Source: Nitrospirota bacterium (GTDB lineage: Bacteria; Nitrospirota; Thermodesulfovibrionia; Thermodesulfovibrionales; SM23-35). From it: a stretch of DNA of 64,000 nt. Where the stretch lies: contig JBFLWW010000006.1 of NCBI GenBank assembly GCA_040757475.1, positions 622-64,621 of the forward strand, given 5' to 3'. The notes below the pieces were generated by a model that was given only the letters and a program-made list of their open reading frames with translations, was not told the DNA's origin and did no database searches. The translations under genes were made by a program, and so were the position numbers. How positions within the stretch are numbered: the stretch's first letter is position 1; each line of letters begins with the position of its first letter. Of this stretch, positions 60,911 through 64,000 are shown in pieces.

Positions 60911-61987
60911 ATGAAAGAAAAGCTCTTTTTGAAGGGCAATGAAGTGATTGCAGAGGCTGCAATAAATGCAGGGTGCCGCTTCTATGCAGGATACCCAATA
61001 ACACCCCAGAATGAGATCCCTGAATACATGTCTCATCGTATGGAAGAGGTTGGAGGGGTATTTATACAGGCTGAAAGTGAACTCGCTGCAATAAATATGG
61101 TCTATGGCGCATCTGCTGCGGGTGCAAGGGCCATGACCTCATCAAGCAGTCCAGGAATAAGCCTGAAACAGGAGGGAATATCATACCTTGCAGGGGCAGA
61201 ACTTCCTGCTGTCATAGTCAACATACAGAGAGGTGGACCTGGCCTCGGAAATATATCTGGTAGCCAGGCAGACTATTTCCAGGCAGTGAAGGGTGGAGGA
61301 CACGGAGATTATAAACTACTTGTATATGCGCCTTACAACCTTCAGGAGATGTGGGATCTCACGATGCTCGCCTTTGATAAGGCAGACGAGTACAGAAATC
61401 CTGTGATTATACTCGGAGACGGGGTAATCGGCCAGATGATGGAACCTTTCTTTCCTACGCCATATGTGAAGCCAGACCTTCCTGAAAAGGACTGGTCACT
61501 CACTGGATGCAAAGGCCGTGAGCCGAGAGTTATAAAGTCTTTATACATGGGTGAAGGGGAACTGGAAAGAAGAAACCAAATATTTCAGGAAAAGTATCTC
61601 AAGATGAAAGAGATAGAGACCAGATGTGAAACCGTTGGTGTAGATGATGCTGAACTTATTATTGTTGCCTTTGGAATCGCTGCGAGGATTGCCTTGTCTT
61701 CTGTAAGAAGGCTGAGGCGCGAGGGACTTAAAGTCGGGCTCTTCAGACCCATCACCCTCTTTCCATTTCCAGAAAAGAAACTCTCTGTGCTTGCTGAAGA
61801 AAGCAGGCGGTTTATTACAATAGAGATGAATGCAGGTCAGATGGTAGAGGATGTGAGACTGGCGCTTAATGGGAAATCAGAGGTATCGTTTTACGGAAGG
61901 CCAGGTGGGGCTATCTTTACTCCAGAAGAGATATACGAAAAGATAAAAACAGTCTATTTGAGGCTGTCAAATTCTCTCTTAAAGTGA
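60911..61987 (+). CDS. 2-oxoacid:ferredoxin oxidoreductase alpha subunit (KorA/VorB-type)
   Basis: GNEVIAEAAINAGCRFYAGYPITPQNEI, QAESELAAINMVYGASAAGARAMTSSSSPG and RGGPGLGN. No beta subunit lies adjacent. Confidence 0.75.
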   Translation: MKEKLFLKGNEVIAEAAINAGCRFYAGYPITPQNEIPEYMSHRMEEVGGVFIQAESELAAINMVYGASAAGARAMTSSSSPGISLKQEGISYLAGAELPAVIVNIQRGGPGLGNISGSQADYFQAVKGGGHGDYKLLVYAPYNLQEMWDLTMLAFDKADEYRNPVIILGDGVIGQMMEPFFPTPYVKPDLPEKDWSLTGCKGREPRVIKSLYMGEGELERRNQIFQEKYLKMKEIETRCETVGVDDAELIIVAFGIAARIALSSVRRLRREGLKVGLFRPITLFPFPEKKLSVLAEESRRFITIEMNAGQMVEDVRLALNGKSEVSFYGRPGGAIFTPEEIYEKIKTVYLRLSNSLLK

Positions 61988-62496
61988 CTTAATGTCAGGT
62001 CATCGTAGATGCAGAATTCAACCGTCTGAAGTGGGCTCTCTTTATTCTCCTTCAAAAACCTTACGCCTTCACCCACGAGTATCTTTGCACATCTATCTTT
62101 TGGAAAACCAAAGATACCTGAGCTTATGGCAGGAATGGAGATACTACTTAGCCCTTTTTCTGATGCGAGTCGGAGACTGCTCAGGACTGCATTCTTGAGT
62201 TTATCATCCTCATCTCCTTCACCCATCCTCGGCCCGACTGCATGGATGACGAATTTTGCAGGCAACTTGCCTGCACCTGTAATAACAGCAGTGCCGACGG
62301 GTGTAAACCCAATCTTATTACTTTCTTCCTGTATGACCTGTCCGCCTTTTCTTACAATAGCACCTGCAACTCCACCACCATGCTGAAGGTGAGAATTGGC
62401 TGCATTTACTATTGCATCCACATCTCTTTCTGTCAAATCCCCCTGGACAAGCCTTATGGTTTTTCCATTGATATTCTTTTCAGAGATAACCTTCAT
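61954..62496 (-). CDS. Macro-domain protein (ADP-ribose binding / O-acetyl-ADP-ribose deacetylase family)
   Basis: ATG at 62496 after an AAGGGGG-type SD. IRLVQGDLTERDVDAIVNAANSHLQHGGGVAGAI, IHAVGP and ISIPAISSGIFGFP. Confidence 0.8.
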   Translation of the reverse strand: MKVISEKNINGKTIRLVQGDLTERDVDAIVNAANSHLQHGGGVAGAIVRKGGQVIQEESNKIGFTPVGTAVITGAGKLPAKFVIHAVGPRMGEGDEDDKLKNAVLSSLRLASEKGLSSISIPAISSGIFGFPKDRCAKILVGEGVRFLKENKESPLQTVEFCIYDDLTLSHFKREFDSLK

Positions 62497-62632
62497 AAAA
62501 CTACCCCCTTTTCTTAAATATGATAAAATAAATATAAACAATTGGAGGGGATAAATACCAGCACTTTACGGAAACCTCTCAGGACTCAAGGCCAGACACC
62601 TTAACTCGCTTGAGAGGATTTATCGGAGGAAG

Positions 62633-64000
62633 ATGCACCGTGAGGTGGTCACCCCCGAACTCGCAAGATACCTCGCAGGACTCTCTTCTGAAATAAGCCG
62701 CCAGATAGGCATACTTATTGACAGGGATGGTGCTATTACCCATGTAATCGTTGGCAATGCAAAGGGGATACTCATCCCTGAGCTTGAGGATTATCCTGTA
62801 GGTAGGAAGGCTTTAAGGGGACTCAGACTTGTGCATACCCACCTAAAGGAAGAGCCCCTTGATCAGGATGACCTTACAGACCTTGCCTTATTAAGGCTTG
62901 ACCTGATCGCTGTTGTAGGTACAAAAGATGGATTGCCCGGGAACATCTATGTAGCGCATCTAATGCCGCAGAGCTCAGAAAAAGCGATAGAGGTTTTACC
63001 TTCAAAAGATTTTCATAGTTTTAAACTGGATTTCAATACCTTTATAGAATCTCTCGAAGAAGAGATAGAAAGGGCGATGGTCTTTGACCAGAGAGATGAG
63101 AGAGAAAGGGCGATATTAGTAAGTGTCTCGACAAGGCCAAAATATGAACAGGAGGACTCTATGGAAGAGCTGAAGGAGCTTGCCCGGTCAAGTGATGTCC
63201 TTGTCCTTGATGCTGTTATCCAGAGGCCAAAGGAGATTAACCCAAAATATCTGATGGGTGAGGGCAAACTCAGAGAGCTCATTATAAATGCTATGAACAG
63301 AGGTGCAACACTCCTTATATTTGATCAGGACCTGAGCCCTTCACAGATAAAGTCAATAGGCGAACACACAGAACTCAAGGTAATAGACCGATCACAGCTC
63401 ATACTCGATATATTTGCAAGACGGGCACATAGTAGAGATGGTAAGGTGCAGGTTGAGCTTGCACAGCTCAAATACAGGCTACCGAGGCTTACTGGAAAAG
63501 GGACGGCTATGTCCCGTTTGATGGGTGGAATCGGCGGAAGGGGCCCTGGAGAGATGAAGCTCGAGGTGGACAGAAGACGGGTGCATGACAGGATAAACAT
63601 TCTCGAAAAAGAACTGAAATCCCTCAGTGAGGCAAGGCGACAGAGGAGGCATAGACGGCTACAGAAGGGTATCCCGATTGTCTCGATTATCGGATATACC
63701 AATGCTGGAAAATCAACACTGCTTAATGCCCTTACAAAAAGCTGTATATTTGTCGAGGATAAGATGTTTGCAACCCTCGACACTGCAAGTAGGCGACTGA
63801 GGTTTCCACGGGAAAGAGAGGTTATTGTTACAGATACTGTTGGCTTCATAAGAGACCTTCCAAAGGACTTAATGGCAGCCTTCAGGGCAACGCTTGAAGA
63901 GCTCGAGGATGCCGATTTATTACTGCACCTTGTTGATGCATCAAACCCGCGTTTTGAACAGCATATAGAATCTGTTGAGAATATACTCGAGGAACTTCAT
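62633..64000 (+). CDS. hflX: GTPase HflX (partial; runs off the window) with an N-terminal extension
   Basis: This frame is open from 62555 to the window end and is missing from the ORF track because no stop is reached. QLILDIFARRAHSRDGKVQVELAQLKYRLPRL..., GYTNAGKSTLLNAL (G1) and DTVGF (G3). The first canonical start is ATG 62633. Confidence 0.85.
   Translation, partial: MHREVVTPELARYLAGLSSEISRQIGILIDRDGAITHVIVGNAKGILIPELEDYPVGRKALRGLRLVHTHLKEEPLDQDDLTDLALLRLDLIAVVGTKDGLPGNIYVAHLMPQSSEKAIEVLPSKDFHSFKLDFNTFIESLEEEIERAMVFDQRDERERAILVSVSTRPKYEQEDSMEELKELARSSDVLVLDAVIQRPKEINPKYLMGEGKLRELIINAMNRGATLLIFDQDLSPSQIKSIGEHTELKVIDRSQLILDIFARRAHSRDGKVQVELAQLKYRLPRLTGKGTAMSRLMGGIGGRGPGEMKLEVDRRRVHDRINILEKELKSLSEARRQRRHRRLQKGIPIVSIIGYTNAGKSTLLNALTKSCIFVEDKMFATLDTASRRLRFPREREVIVTDTVGFIRDLPKDLMAAFRATLEELEDADLLLHLVDASNPRFEQHIESVENILEELH

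Noticed and set aside
63013-63849. Minus-strand ORFs of 89 and 174 aa
   Set aside because: They lie antisense within the strongly supported hflX frame. They are Ser/Leu/Arg-rich shadow ORFs with no start context.

Overview
Dense, moderately AT-rich bacterial chromosomal window. Hmc-type redox genes, DsrE/F/H and TusA suggest an anaerobic sulfur-cycling lineage, but the taxon cannot be fixed from sequence alone.

Layout, left to right:
(1) Late cobalamin genes (cobT', cobS, cobC, split cobQ, cbiB, cobD), then a cobalamin riboswitch and a BtuB-like TonB-dependent receptor.
(2) A hydrolase, a CGGC protein, a propeller-repeat protein, an Hmc-like complex with a 16-heme cytochrome in permuted gene order, DsrH/E/F-like genes and TusA, and a frameshifted dedA.
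(3) About 1.5 kb of mobile/defence gene fragments followed by hairpin-rich non-coding DNA.
(4) An accessory-looking ~33 kb region. It holds exported FecR, TPR-CHAT and DUF4384 proteins with a CHASE2 adenylate cyclase. It also holds a convergent Mla-like operon with a catalytically degenerate ATPase and a YihY-cNMP-binding fusion, a Crp-family regulator, and an OMP with an in-frame TGA. The region ends in a ~20 kb co-directional array of 15 genes, 14 of them exported or lipoproteins. These are built from a few shuffled modules (LPP20/FlgT_N-like, CsgG/LpoB/DUF799-like, DUF4384, TPR, FN3, SLH, beta-helix), and the array also encodes an ankyrin-caspase and a transglutaminase-like protein.
(5) Housekeeping genes: tRNA-Asn, argJ, argC, rpsI, rplM, glyS, glyQ, a 2-oxoacid:ferredoxin oxidoreductase alpha subunit, a macro-domain protein and hflX'.

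Best candidate for an undescribed system: the exported lipoprotein super-cluster together with the neighbouring CHASE2-cAMP, CHAT and FecR module.

Second notable feature: a window-wide family of 7-8 nt tandem micro-repeat arrays, in intergenic and coding DNA. Perfect unit duplications appear to split cobQ and to put the btuB-like start codon out of frame.
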